A DNA stretch of 64,000 nt, taken from NCBI RefSeq assembly GCF_026210795.1, contig NC_089435.1, positions 124,001-188,000 on the forward strand. Direction: 5' to 3'. Shown one piece after another: positions 1 through 11,505 of this stretch. Under the pieces are notes generated by a model. It was not told the DNA's origin, did no database searches, and was given only the letters and a program-made list of their open reading frames with translations. This DNA is from Rhizophagus irregularis (Eukaryota). The position numbers and the translations under genes are program-made. Position 1 is the stretch's first letter; each line of letters opens with the position of its first letter.

Positions 1-1767
1 ATATCTTCTTCTTCACAATCTTTGCATACAGTTTTTCCTAATCTAAACATATAATTCATCCATCTTATTTCGCATCTTTCACACCAAGTTGTATTCTCAT
101 TTAACCACTTATGAATCTCTCTTCTTAACTCTTTATCTCCTAATTCTATTATTCTCATATACCTTTCTATGAATTCTTCTGTTACCATTATCCGATTATT
201 AACTCCAAAATTCTTTATTCTTTGAATTTCAGATACATCTATTGTGTATCCTAACTTTTCTAAGTTGTTTTTTAATTCTATTAATTCATCTTGTTCTTCT
301 TCCCGTATTTCCTGATTACACTCTTCACATCTGCCATTTTCTTCTGATATCATATAATCTAATTTCTGTTTATTGCATCTATTACATATTTTCGTACTCA
401 AATCCATCCATTCCTTTATGTCTTCAGACTTATCAAATCTTCCTTCCTGAAAAATATAGTATCTTATAAAATCACTTGTTAACAGTATTCCCGTTTCTAT
501 CTTTTCTTTTATTCCAAATTTCATTATTTCTCTGACGAGCTTTTCTTTTGGGTTTACTATTAGTTGTCTTAATCCTGTCCTTATCTCACTTAATTTCCAC
601 GTTTTGTCCTCTACTATTATTTCTATTTCTTCTTCGGAATCATATATTTCATTATCTTCTTCTTGCTCTATCTCTATAAGCTTGAATTTTTGTGTTCTTT
701 CCATCGCTCCTTTTAACTCTGTTACAATCCATTCTATTACTCCATCATCTATTTTCAATATAATAGAATCTCTTACGTCTATATCTTCGCTATCCTTAAA
801 TGTCATACTATCTGTCAGTTTTTTTTACAGTATCTTCCTGCAAATTCTCTCCCTCAGATAACATCTTTTCGAACCATTCTAATGAATCATTTCCATGATA
901 CGTATATATTTGTTTACCTTCATATTTGTCATTCCACCAGTACCTGAATCTTTCAAATCTAAGATATAAACTCGTGTTAAAATTCTTTTTCATTTCGTAA
1001 CTTTCTAAGCTATCTTCGCTTTCTGAATCTTCTGGTTCTTTTGTAAAGCCCCTAGTATCTATAAATATTCTTATTATCTTTTGTACCATATTCCTGTGAT
1101 ATTCGTGAACATTTTCTATATCTATGTTCCCATATTCCATATTGGACATTAATTCCTTTACTTTCTTCTCGTTCGTAGCTATTCCTTCTTCTTCATATAG
1201 TAATTCCCTGAATGTCTTTATTGCTCCCATCTTTATTCGTAATGGTTCAACTTCTTTCGATATGATTTTGTACCATTGCCAAAACTTCTCAAACCTTCTT
1301 TCAACATCCCAATCTTCTAAAATATATTTGTGTTCTATTAATTCCAGATTTCCAATCAATCTATCAAATACTTCATTCCCCAGATTTCTTTCAATACAAT
1401 CCCTCACGATCACTAATATGATTGTTCGTAATCCCTTTTCTTTTATTTTCGGTTGTATTCTATATCTTATTGATTCCGTTATTCTATCCATTGTGTCTCT
1501 ACATTTCCCCTTATGTATTGTATCTTCTCTTTCTGAATTATCCATACTTAATAAATCTAATACTCCCTTAATTGTTACATCATTATATATTATTATTGCA
1601 TCTTCAAATTTAAATAATGCGTCCCAAAATTTCTTGAATACTATTGGTTCATTTACTATTGGATAACATAATTCACAATTTAAACATTCGTCCAATTCTT
1701 CCGTTCCTAGTTCGTGTTCCTCTTTATGTGTTCTATATTCGCTTTCCCATTGATGGTACCATTCCAT
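1..1767 (-). pseudogene. Frameshifted N-terminal extension of a Gypsy gag-like ORF (HxxxH..CxxC motif, acidic)
   Basis: ORF 808-1767 begins MEWYHQWESEYRTHKEEHE...CLNCELCY and shares motifs (FKKFW, SIRYR, RFEKF) with 32956-35202. Coding-like sequence continues in broken frames to position 1. Confidence 0.7.
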
Positions 1768-3256
1768 TGTACGCTTTAGTTAAGTTATTATGAATATCCA
1801 TCCAGAATTTCAATCGGATTCCCATCTCTATATATATATATACATTTTACTCTTTCTATTTTCGATCTTCTAAATATTCTTTTATCTTTAAATAGATTAT
1901 TTCTTCCAATCTTTAAATTCCATCTTTCATTTTTATATATTTACTATGCCATATTTTACTATTAATTTTTACTGCGCCTCAAAATTTCAAAAATTATTCT
2001 AAGTCCATGATCTGCTCAGTCTGCGGAGGTTTTTACTGCGCCACAAAGTTTATCTTTTGTCACCAAGATCCATAATCTCACATATCACATTCTAAAATTT
2101 ATCTCCTATCACCGTGATTCATAATTTCACATATCACATATCACAAACTCCAAAATTTTCATAACTTCTAAAGTTTGCAAATTTTTCGCGTTCTCTTATC
2201 ATATACATAAATTCTCTTCATCATATATTCTATATTATGTAAATTAATCTATAGTACACAAAATGTCATTCTTTTCAAATAAATATCCTTTTTTAAACAA
2301 ATGTCCTTCTTTTCGGATTTTACTCTATTATTAAATACTGCACGTAATGTTCATTATACGGCTCGTTAATGTGTAAATATCCTTCTATTTCATCTTCTTT
2401 TAACAGAACATTGTAATGAGAACGTGACCTAGCACACCACACCAGGAACCCTCATCTGAAATGTAGCCTAGGACCTGTAACAATACAACGTATCCGTCTT
2501 TTTCTTCTTTCGTTAGCCGACTTGTCTCTTAACGGGTGAATCTATCCTTCCGAAATCCAGTTCCAAAAGTCATCAGCTATCCATAAAACTCATCTAAATT
2601 AACTTATCTTTCCCCAAGTTGGTGGACCTATACTGGGCTTATTTCTATCTTTTTCCCATTGGGTAAAAGCATGATAGTTTACAGGTTTGTCCTATTTTAT
2701 CCATTCAATGTTTCTTGATAGTAGGTGTCTTTACAATCTTCATTCCCCGTCCCCAAAGCAATTCGCGCGTTATTGAGCTGGGTATCCAGATTTGACGTAA
2801 CCCATACGTTATAATCTTTAATGTCGAAGAATAAAAATTTTCCAATCTCGAGCATTTATCCAAGATTCAAACTCAGAGGTAACCCATACCACACAGATGA
2901 ACCCCGGATAATACATTGGTGTTCTCCCATTATTAATCTTTATTTCAAAATTCATCTTTCACTTCCACATCTCCTTACGAAATTTCTCAGGTACTTTATT
3001 CCCGAAAGAAATATTCTTGTGCTTTCTATCGATTAAATGATTACTTGCACAACAACAAACTCCAATCTTTCACCTTTCCAAGTTTTTAACTCGATTAAAT
3101 CCTTGTTGATTTATTGGTTCCTTTTGAACTCGTTAAAACCTGAAATCTAAAAATAAATTCTAAAATAAAATGTTGATTAATAATACCTATCAGTGACTTA
3201 CTAACGAAATTAAATTTTCATATTAATAATCATGTGATGATGATCATTTCCTTTCT

Positions 3257-3270
3257 CAGAGCATGCACCA
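3257..3270 (-). promoter_or_regulatory. Primer-binding site of Gypsy family A
   Basis: TGGTGCATGCTC lies 2 nt inside the LTR end on the minus strand. The same 12-mer follows the 5' LTR of family B at 31521. Confidence 0.8.
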
Positions 3271-3272
3271 TA

Positions 3273-4343
3273 TGAGATCCCCCAATTCCCTCTGTCATCA
3301 ATTTACAGAGTTGCCACATCGAACAGGCATTCTCATGGTCGAACGAACGAATAAATGAACGAACAAACATTTAAACGAACGAACGATCAATTAAACAAAC
3401 AAGTAAATAATCAATGGCATAATTAACAAACAACATAATCAACGGACAACATACAACAACATTCTTGGTTCACGACATAAATAGCGTTAGTAATATAAAA
3501 CATTGGACGATATAAAATAAATTTTACTTCTCTAAATTTTTCCCAAATTATATCCACTTTTACCTTTAATTACAAACTTCAATAGCTCTCGCTACGAATA
3601 ATTACTTTTCAAAATTGTATATTTAATTCATCTTAAATTTCCATTTTATTCAATTAAAATTAATTAAGCGAACAGTAATTAAAGTTTAGGGCGAACCTAT
3701 TACCTTTAATTAATATTATACTTCATTAACAAATAATTAAATGAAACTTATATTTTATTGAGTTCTGTGGATGCGAACTGTGGAATTATTTTGAATTCCG
3801 TTCTCTTTTTATACAAATTTTATGCTACTTTCTATTCTATCTATATACTATCTTTTATGTTCTTTTTACATATTATCTTTGAACTATCTTTCTAATATAC
3901 TATCTATATTTTAAATACGCTATCTTTTATATATATATTATCTTTTATAATATCTTTGTATAATCTTTTTATATTATCTTTTATATTATTTTATGTTCTT
4001 TAATCTTTCTAATGTTATTTTATATGTTCTTTCAATCCGCTTTAGGTGTTTTGCTTATAATCTATCTTTTGTGGCTTATAATTATTCTTTCTAATCGTTC
4101 TTATTGTTAAAGATCGCTAAGCCCCAATTGATCGACTCTATTTATCCTATTGGTTCTTTGTCAATCATTTGATAAATATTACATCATGTAGATCATTACT
4201 CTTCCTAAATGTTTATCCTTTTCGGCTAATTATTTATCCATCCACGCCAATTCACAATCAATTTGTTCGTTCTTAATATTTGGCAATTACATTTGGTGAT
4301 TGAATTTTATCATCTTTTCATGCTTGATATTTGGCCGTTTACA
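3273..4343 (-). repeat. 5' LTR of Gypsy family A (~1.07 kb)
   Basis: Runs TGAGATCCCCC...GGCCGTTTACA and is collinear with 25560-26655. Confidence 0.9.
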
Positions 4344-4951
4344 CCATGGCTCAGATACTTAGTGTGTATTTTTATCAAATTTCAGTGCAGAACGTCAGAG
4401 TATTGCAAGCAAAATTCGAAAAAATAAAGGGATCGATGGAGAATGAATCAGTAAAAAACCCGATATTATGGGAATAATGAAGCAAGACACAAATGATATC
4501 GAGTTGATTTATGTTGAAAGCTCTCGCATTACATGTAGCGAAAAAAAAAGATGATGATGATGTAAAATTGTGGAGAGAAATGATAGACGGGACAAGTGCT
4601 ATAAACGCATTATGTAGACCGGCCGGTAATGAATTTGGAGTTGTTGGTATTCAAATTGCTGGTTTAGATATGCGATTAAATGTTTTGGTAAAGGATCTAG
4701 GTGGTATACCGCGATATTTCCATCTTGATCATGCTGAAATCCCAATATCGCTACATTTAACAAACACTAAATCCCTTATACGTGTTTTATTAAACCTAAG
4801 GAACGTTATGATTGTAAATAAAAGTTTAATAACGCAGGCGTTATTAGAAAACCCACCTCGTAATACTAGTCAAAGTACTACTGTCAGTACACCAGATAAT
4901 TCCATGTATTATAATAGTAATTTCATGTATTATAATAGTAATAATAACTAG
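4344..4951 (+). pseudogene. C-terminal fragment of a PD-(D/E)xK restriction-endonuclease-fold protein (Crinkler-type REase family), frameshifted, upstream part cut off by the LTR
   Basis: One frame gives KKPDIMGIM..DIELIYVESSR; the next gives KKDDDDVKLWREM..VVGIQIAG..PRYFHLDHAEIP. This is a typical REase-fold motif order. Confidence 0.55.
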
Positions 4952-5080
4952 TATTAAACCTTAATTAATAAATGAAAATCACATTACATACAATGCTGGT
5001 ATATATGAAATGAGTAAAAAAGTCTCAATAAACTTCCTTTTAGGTTTTTTTTTCGTTTTATTTCTTTTTAGAATAAAATA

Positions 5081-5480
5081 CACTAAGCCATCGTGTCCTG
5101 ATGTCGAATGTTTGATTGACGTCGAATCAACGCTCGTCCGATGTCATCTCGATTCGCATAATGTTTGTGTGATGTCAAATAGACACCTGTTCGATGTCAT
5201 TTCGATGTTTACTTAATGTACACAAGGCGGGAAAAATAAACATTTTTCGACATTAACTTAATATTGAAACAATGTAAGTGCGATGTTATTATTCGATGTC
5301 TATTCGTTTACTAATCGTAGTTATTCGATGTCGAATCGATATCACTACGATTAGTAAACGAATAGACATCGAATCAACGTATTTAAGTTCAACTTAAAGA
5401 TGTCAAATCGATTTTCATCACGACATCATGGTGACGTCTGATCAATATAGAATCGACATTGATTTATATCGACCGTAACT
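5081..5480. mobile_element. Probable left end of a CACTA-type element with subterminal repeats
   Basis: Starts CACTAAGCC at 5081, followed by many short (C)GATGTC/GACATC motifs in both orientations and a 31-bp-arm inverted repeat (5291-5321 / 5344-5374). No matching right TIR was found. Confidence 0.45.
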
Positions 5481-5528
5481 CTAACTGAAATTTCTGTAAA
5501 GTAATTTACTAAGGTTTTAATTTAAAGA

Positions 5529-6305
5529 TTAAGCGGTATCAAGAAAAATTCGCGCGAACTTTTCTTGCCATTGTTCAAAGTATATCATTGTTTTTTTTAA
5601 AGCAATTGATTAAACAATGGCAAGAAAAGTTCGCTCGAACTTTTCTTGCCATTGTTCAAAGTAGCATTTTTTTTTTTAAAGCAATTGATTAAACAATGGC
5701 AAGAAAAATTCGCGCGAACTTTTCTTGCTATTGTTCGAAGCATACCATTGTTTTTTTTTAAAGCAATTGATTAAACAATGGCAAGAAAAATTCGCTCGAA
5801 CTTTTCTTGCTATTGTTCGAAGCATACCATTGTTTTTTTTTAAAGCAATCGATTAAACAATGACAAGAAAAATTCGCGCGAACTTTTCTTGCTATTGTTC
5901 AAAGTATATCATTGTTTTTTTAAAGCAATTGATTAAACAATGGCAAGAAAAATTCGCTCGAACTTTTCTTGCTATTGTTCAAAGCATACCATTGTTTTTT
6001 TTAAAGCAATTGATTAAACAATAGCAAGTAAAATTCGCGCGAACTTTTCTTGCTATTATTCGAAGTATATCATTGTTTATTTAAAGCAATCGATTAAACA
6101 ATGGCAAGAAAAATTCGCTCGAACTTTTCTTCTTGCTATTATTCAAAGTATACCATTGTTTTTTTTTAAAGCAATTGATTAAACAATGGCAAGAAAAATT
6201 CGCGCGAACTTTTCTTGGATTGTTCAAAGTATACCATTGTTTTTTTCAAAGCAATCGATTAAACAATGACAAGAAAAGTTCGCGAATTTTCTTGATACTG
6301 CTTAA
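5529..6305. repeat. Tandem array of ~81-bp units, each with a ~44-bp palindrome, bounded by terminal inverted repeats (MITE/foldback-like)
   Basis: About 9-10 units of AACAATGGCAAGAAAARTTCGCGCGAACTTTTCTTGCYATTGTT plus a constant linker. Ends are TTAAGCGGTATCAAGAAAA...TTTTCTTGATACTGCTTAA. A further partial end starts at ~6318. Confidence 0.85.
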
Positions 6306-7409
6306 AAATTAAAAAAATTAAGCAGTACCAAGGAAAATTCGCAAACTTTTCTTGTCATTGTTTAATTTATCGATCATGCTTTCAACTATACAGTTAAAAA
6401 GTTAAACTGTTAAAGTTGAGCGGTATCTTAACAATCGTAATTATCGGACTTAGAACTTTTTAATCATATTTCTGATCAAATTATGCACATTTGTGGTTAT
6501 TGTATAGATTATTGTATAGGACTATAGGCTATTTACCGTCTTTTTCCGGGTTAATTAAATCTATAATGTAAGAACAAAATTATTGGCTGATCAGTGTTGA
6601 TTACCACGTGAAAATTAGCCAATAGATGATTGCAGATCATTTGTTTTTGTAACGTGAATAATATAAGTTTGAAAAATACAAACTCTTTCTTTTATTTTGT
6701 TTTTACTTTTTTAGTTATTATTATCTCAGATATTACATTTATTTGTTTCTTTTTATCATTGCTTTTTTACTCAAGTTATTATTATTTCAGATATTACATT
6801 TATTTGTTTTATTTTTATTATTTAAGAAGAATTGTGAAGTTATAATAGTTTTTTATATTGGTTAACTTTCAGTTATTACTAATTATTTATTTTGACTTCT
6901 TGAACTTTTCTAATATAGACATGTTTATATACTTAATAAAGTAGGTACAGTCATTTATTTTCTTTTCTTTTTTTTGTCTTTATTTATCCTTTTCTTTTAT
7001 TACTACTAGTTTTGTCTTCTTTTAATCATTACTAATTTTATTTTACTAATTTTATCTTTTTATTACTACTAATTGTATCTCCTTTTTATTGCTACTAATT
7101 TTATCTCTACTAATCTAATCTTTAATAATTTCATTCTTTTGTTACTACTAATTCATTTTTAATTACTACTAACTACATCTTTTTATTACTACTAATTTCA
7201 TCTTTTATTAATTTTTTATTACTACTAATTTTATTTTTTTATCTTTTTTATCACTATTAAAATTGTACCTTCTAACTTTTCTATATCTGATTATAGTATT
7301 TTTAATTTAATAATAAAATTTAATAATTATAATGACAAATTTTCATGTTAAATATATAAATATATAAATATATATTATATATAAAAATACCGTAGTAATA
7401 ATACATACG

Positions 7410-8125
7410 TTGTACACTGAGACATAATACTGTTCGCAAATAACCACCAGTGTAAAACATACGTTATTCGCAAATAACAACAAGTATAAAACATACGTTA
7501 TAAGCTGAGGTATAATACTGTTCGCAAATAATAACAAGTATAAAACATACGCTATAAACTGAGGCATCATGCTGTTCGCAAATAACAACAAGTATAAAAC
7601 GTACGTTATAAACTGAGGCATAATACTGTTCGCAAATAACCACCAGTGTAAAACATACGCTATAAACTGAGGCATCATGCTGTTCGCAAATAACAACAAG
7701 TATAAAACGTACGTTATAAACTGAGACATAATACTGTTCGCAAATAACCATCATGCTGTTCGTAAATAACCACCAGTATAAAACATACGTTATAAGCTGA
7801 GGTATAATACTGTTCGCAAATAATAACAAGTATAAAACATACGCTATAAACTGAGGCATCATGCTGTTCGCAAATAACAACAAGTATAAAATGTACGTTA
7901 TAAACTGAGGCATAATACTGTTCGCAAATAACCACCAGTGTAAAACATACGCTATAAACTGAGGCATCATGCTGTTCGCAAATAACCACCAGTATAAAAC
8001 ATACGTTATAAGCTGAGGTATAATACTGTTCGCAAATAACAACAAGTATAAAACGTACGTTATAAACTGGAATACCATGCTGTTCGCAAATAATCACATA
8101 CGTTATAAACTGAGATATAATACTG
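7410..8125. repeat. 54-bp minisatellite (~12 copies), probably subterminal in a CCCTA-ended element whose right TIR ends at 8310
   Basis: Unit is TATAAACTGAGGCATCATGCTGTTCGCAAATAACAACAAGTATAAAACGTACGT. TTTTTATAGGG at 8300-8310 matches the CCCTATAAAAA terminus at 22381 and abuts the broken end of the CACTA transposase. Confidence 0.85.
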
Positions 8126-8310
8126 TATATAAGTATAAAGTATACAAATCTTCACTATTTAAAAATACCGTGTATATAATACGGTGTGCAAAATACCGAA
8201 TGTATATCGTATGTGAAAATACTGTTAAAATACTTTAATGATACTGTAATGATACTGTTCGCAAAATACGGTAATACCGTATGTTAACCGTATCCATATT
8301 TTTTATAGGG

Positions 8311-10866
8311 AAGCTGTCTAACCGCGAATTTTGCATGATGATTTGCAACAATTCTAATTCAATAGTACGTTTACTATTAGGAAGGGAACCTATTTAAACA
8401 ATAAGTTTATCTGTTACCAATTTGCCAATTAAAAATTTTGATTTTCAACAATCAACGTGTTTTACCTAATACGCCATTCATTTGTTCAAATGAATAACAC
8501 CAGAACGAATAAAGCGGTCCATAATCTTAGCAACATTCAACGATGTGGAGAGATAAATGGATATTTGGAGTTATTTTCTCCTGTCCGTAATTTTCCTCAA
8601 TTAAACGAGCTACTTGGTGCAGTCGGTAATGAACTTCAAGCAGTGCGCTTTTGTTAACAATTCGACAAACAAGTAAAGTACAGGCTCTTACAAAATTTGC
8701 TAAAATTTTCTGATTAGTCTCGTCCAAAAGATCCCACATAATCGGTGTTGCATAAATCATAATAAACGACCTCCATTGATCAGCTGTATATCCAGAAAAT
8801 CCTTCTCCAGTTGCTATTTTAGAAGGTATCCTTCCTAAATCAACCGGAACTTGGATCTTTTTTGCTCTTTTTTCCATCAATTTAAGATGGGTTTTTGTTA
8901 TTTTTCCGCCATCTATCCACAACCTTTTCACGATCCAATGCGCGATTCCCAAAAATAAATTATGCATTGGATCAACTACAAAAAATCTGATCGGGTTGAA
9001 ATATGGCAATCTTAACAACTCTGACCAACGTACATGAGTTTTGGAAACATGTTTTTTTCTTTCATACTTAGATTTACACAACCGCCAACGTTCAGCATTG
9101 CGTAGATATTTATTTAGATCTTTTTGCACGAACCACTCGGTCATGTTATCAAACCCTCCGTAATTAAGCTTTCTTCCACTGATGTTAGCTATTTTATAGC
9201 ATCGATGGCAGCCAACTAATGCTGAAATATGACCGCATAATTTTCTAGCAGCCGGTATGTCATTGCTGCAGCAAATTACCGCCATCCGGATTCTTTTACC
9301 AGTTGGATGCAAATCGGTAGAAGGTAAATCAACACCATCCCAGAATTCTAACAATTCGTCAACAATTGGACTAAGATAATGATTTATCTTATGTAATTTT
9401 ACCTCTTCCGGTCCTGGTAGAAGTCCAAGATATAGCATGTTTTCTCGTTTAAATCTAATATCACGGGGAAGATTACATATGATTCCATAGATAATACCAG
9501 AGCTGTAAGCTAACGAATTAAATAGTTGGAACCAGTCTAAATTAAACATGATTCCAAGATTAGAATCAGCTGTCTCATTTGTAAAAAATCGAGTATCCGG
9601 GTTGTTTAGGGAAGACGGAAATGTTTTCCATACTTTTCCATCATAAATATCGGTATATAAATTTGCTATATTAACCCGATTTGTTCATTTTTGAAGTGAC
9701 TTTACAAAACCCGGGCGCTAATACATCGATATTATTTGGGTCTTTAGAAAAGGTACCAGAAATAATATTTTAGGTTTTCTGGCAAATCCCTTAACTATCG
9801 GGACCTTATTTGTTAATTTTACTTCGCAATCTTGTCTTTTGCTGTGCTTTGGATGATTCGGAAACTCCACATGGGTACATCTGAACTCTACATTTTGATT
9901 TTGTGTCAAAATTTCTGAAACTTTATACAAAGTATTACAATCTGGACATACTGCGTATGTCTTTTCTTGCTTAACGATCTTTAAAAGTTTTTTCGCCAAA
10001 TAAGATGATGTAGGAAATCTTTCAAATCGTCATTTATCAGCATCCGATAAAACTATCTTAAAAAATTTAATAAGTTTATCGATGGTGACATCAGGAAGAC
10101 GAAATCTCGCCTGATATTTGAATATCCACAAGAGTATCCACGAATCGTTAAAGTCAATGTTTGTGTCAAGATTTTTAAGATCTGATTCATAATCATAGTC
10201 ATCAAAATCGGGAGCTGTAAATTGTTCGATCAGAACTTCATCTTCACTTAAACCACGGTTATCATCTCCAGATACCTCAGAAGCCTCATCATCATCTTCT
10301 GTCAAGGATTCGTTATCGTCACTTTCTGTTAAAGACCTGTCGGTCAAAGAACCATCACTATCGTCGTCATCAGGAATCATATCGTCAATCTTATTGGTAC
10401 ACTTTCGTCTTCCTGGTCTGTCTGGCATTGGTTCATTATCGCTTAGAGGTGATTCATCATCATCATCTGATGAATATTCTACCGCTCTAATTCTTCTTTT
10501 TCCTCTTTCATCGGGAGATTCATCACCATCATCACCATCATCATCATCATCGCCAACATCATCATCTGATGTATTCTCTACCACTCTAATTCTTTTTTTT
10601 CCTTTTTCATCTGGAGATGATTCTACACTATACAGTTCGTTCCTGGTATCTTTTAGTTTTGAAGAACTCTGAGATCCAGAAGCAATTGTTTGAAGTCGGT
10701 TAACTTCTTCTTGATGTCTTCTGAATGTTCTGGGATCCACTAACTTACCACCACCACAATGCAACAAACAATTGCATTCGACAAATTTTCTAGTTTTAGG
10801 TGCACTATTAGTAACTTTTGTACAATCTTTATTAATGCGATTTTTCTTTGATTTTGTCATCTTCAA
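8311..10866 (-). pseudogene. CACTA/EnSpm transposase (Transposase_21/Tnp2-like), fragmented
   Basis: ORFs 10030-10866, 9718-9999 and 8527-9549 carry motifs CPDC..C, NLDWFQ, CNLP..RFKRENM..GLLPGP, DIPAARKLCGH..GCHRC, VDPMHNLFLG and PNIHLSLH. There are internal stops and the C-terminus is truncated at 8311. Confidence 0.9.
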
Positions 10867-11046
10867 TCTGTCAATTTGTAATCAAAATTTCCTCAAAATA
10901 CATCAATCAGTTAGTTCGCAAGAGAATTTGATCAATTGGCTTTGCGATTAATTATTGTATACATCAGAATTGAATTGTGCGAATATTACCACAATTAGAT
11001 AAATTAAACTATTTATTTTAATCGGTTAATAAAGAGATTGCAAAGA

Positions 11047-11275
11047 TTGATACAATTTATTTCTAAATATATCAATTGATTTATTTTTTTATTTTTAAAT
11101 ATATCAATAGTATATAATTTATTAATCTTGCGAAAATTTAATACAATTTATTTTTTAAATATATCAATAGTATATAATTTATCCTGAGAAAATTTGATAC
11201 AATTTATTTTTTAAATATATCAATAGTATATAATTTATTAATCTTGCGAAAATTTGATACAATTTATTTTTATAT
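11047..11275. repeat. ~57-60-bp tandem repeats between the two divergent CACTA genes
   Basis: Three to four copies of TTGATACAATTTATTTTTTAAATATATCAATAGTATATAATTTATTAATCTTGCGAAAAT. Confidence 0.75.
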
Positions 11276-11505
11276 TATACTATTTATTAATCGGTAAAAA
11301 TTGATGAAATTGATTTATTTAAGTTTAATCATAAATATCAATGATTCGTAAAAGTTTATTTTAAACTATTAAATAAATATATATATATAAGTCTAATTTT
11401 TAGACAGACTTTTTTTTTTCTCTCTCGCTCGTTACCGATTTTTGTAAAAAAATCCTATATTATTCTATACATAAAAATTTACCAAAATTGTAAATACATT
11501 CAAAT

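Larger units (their letters stand above)
1..4343 (-). mobile_element. Ty3/Gypsy LTR retrotransposon family A, 5' part (5' LTR, PBS, long leader, start of gag-like ORF); runs off the left edge
   Basis: LTR 3273-4343 has TG...CA ends and a second copy at 25560-26655. On the minus strand it is followed by the PBS-like TGGTGCATGCTC. The downstream ORF resembles the N-terminus of the gag-containing ORF at 32956. Confidence 0.85.

Noticed and set aside
242..1666. Plus-strand Ser/Ile/Phe-rich ORFs (and similar antisense ORFs across the Gypsy copies)
   Set aside because: They are shadow ORFs opposite purine-rich retroelement coding strands.
5529..6305. CRISPR-like array of palindromic repeats
   Set aside because: The linkers are near-identical rather than unique spacers, there are no cas genes, and the context is eukaryotic.
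7343..8097. Repetitive hydrophobic membrane-protein ORFs
   Set aside because: They arise in several frames because the 54-bp unit is a multiple of 3; nothing else supports coding.
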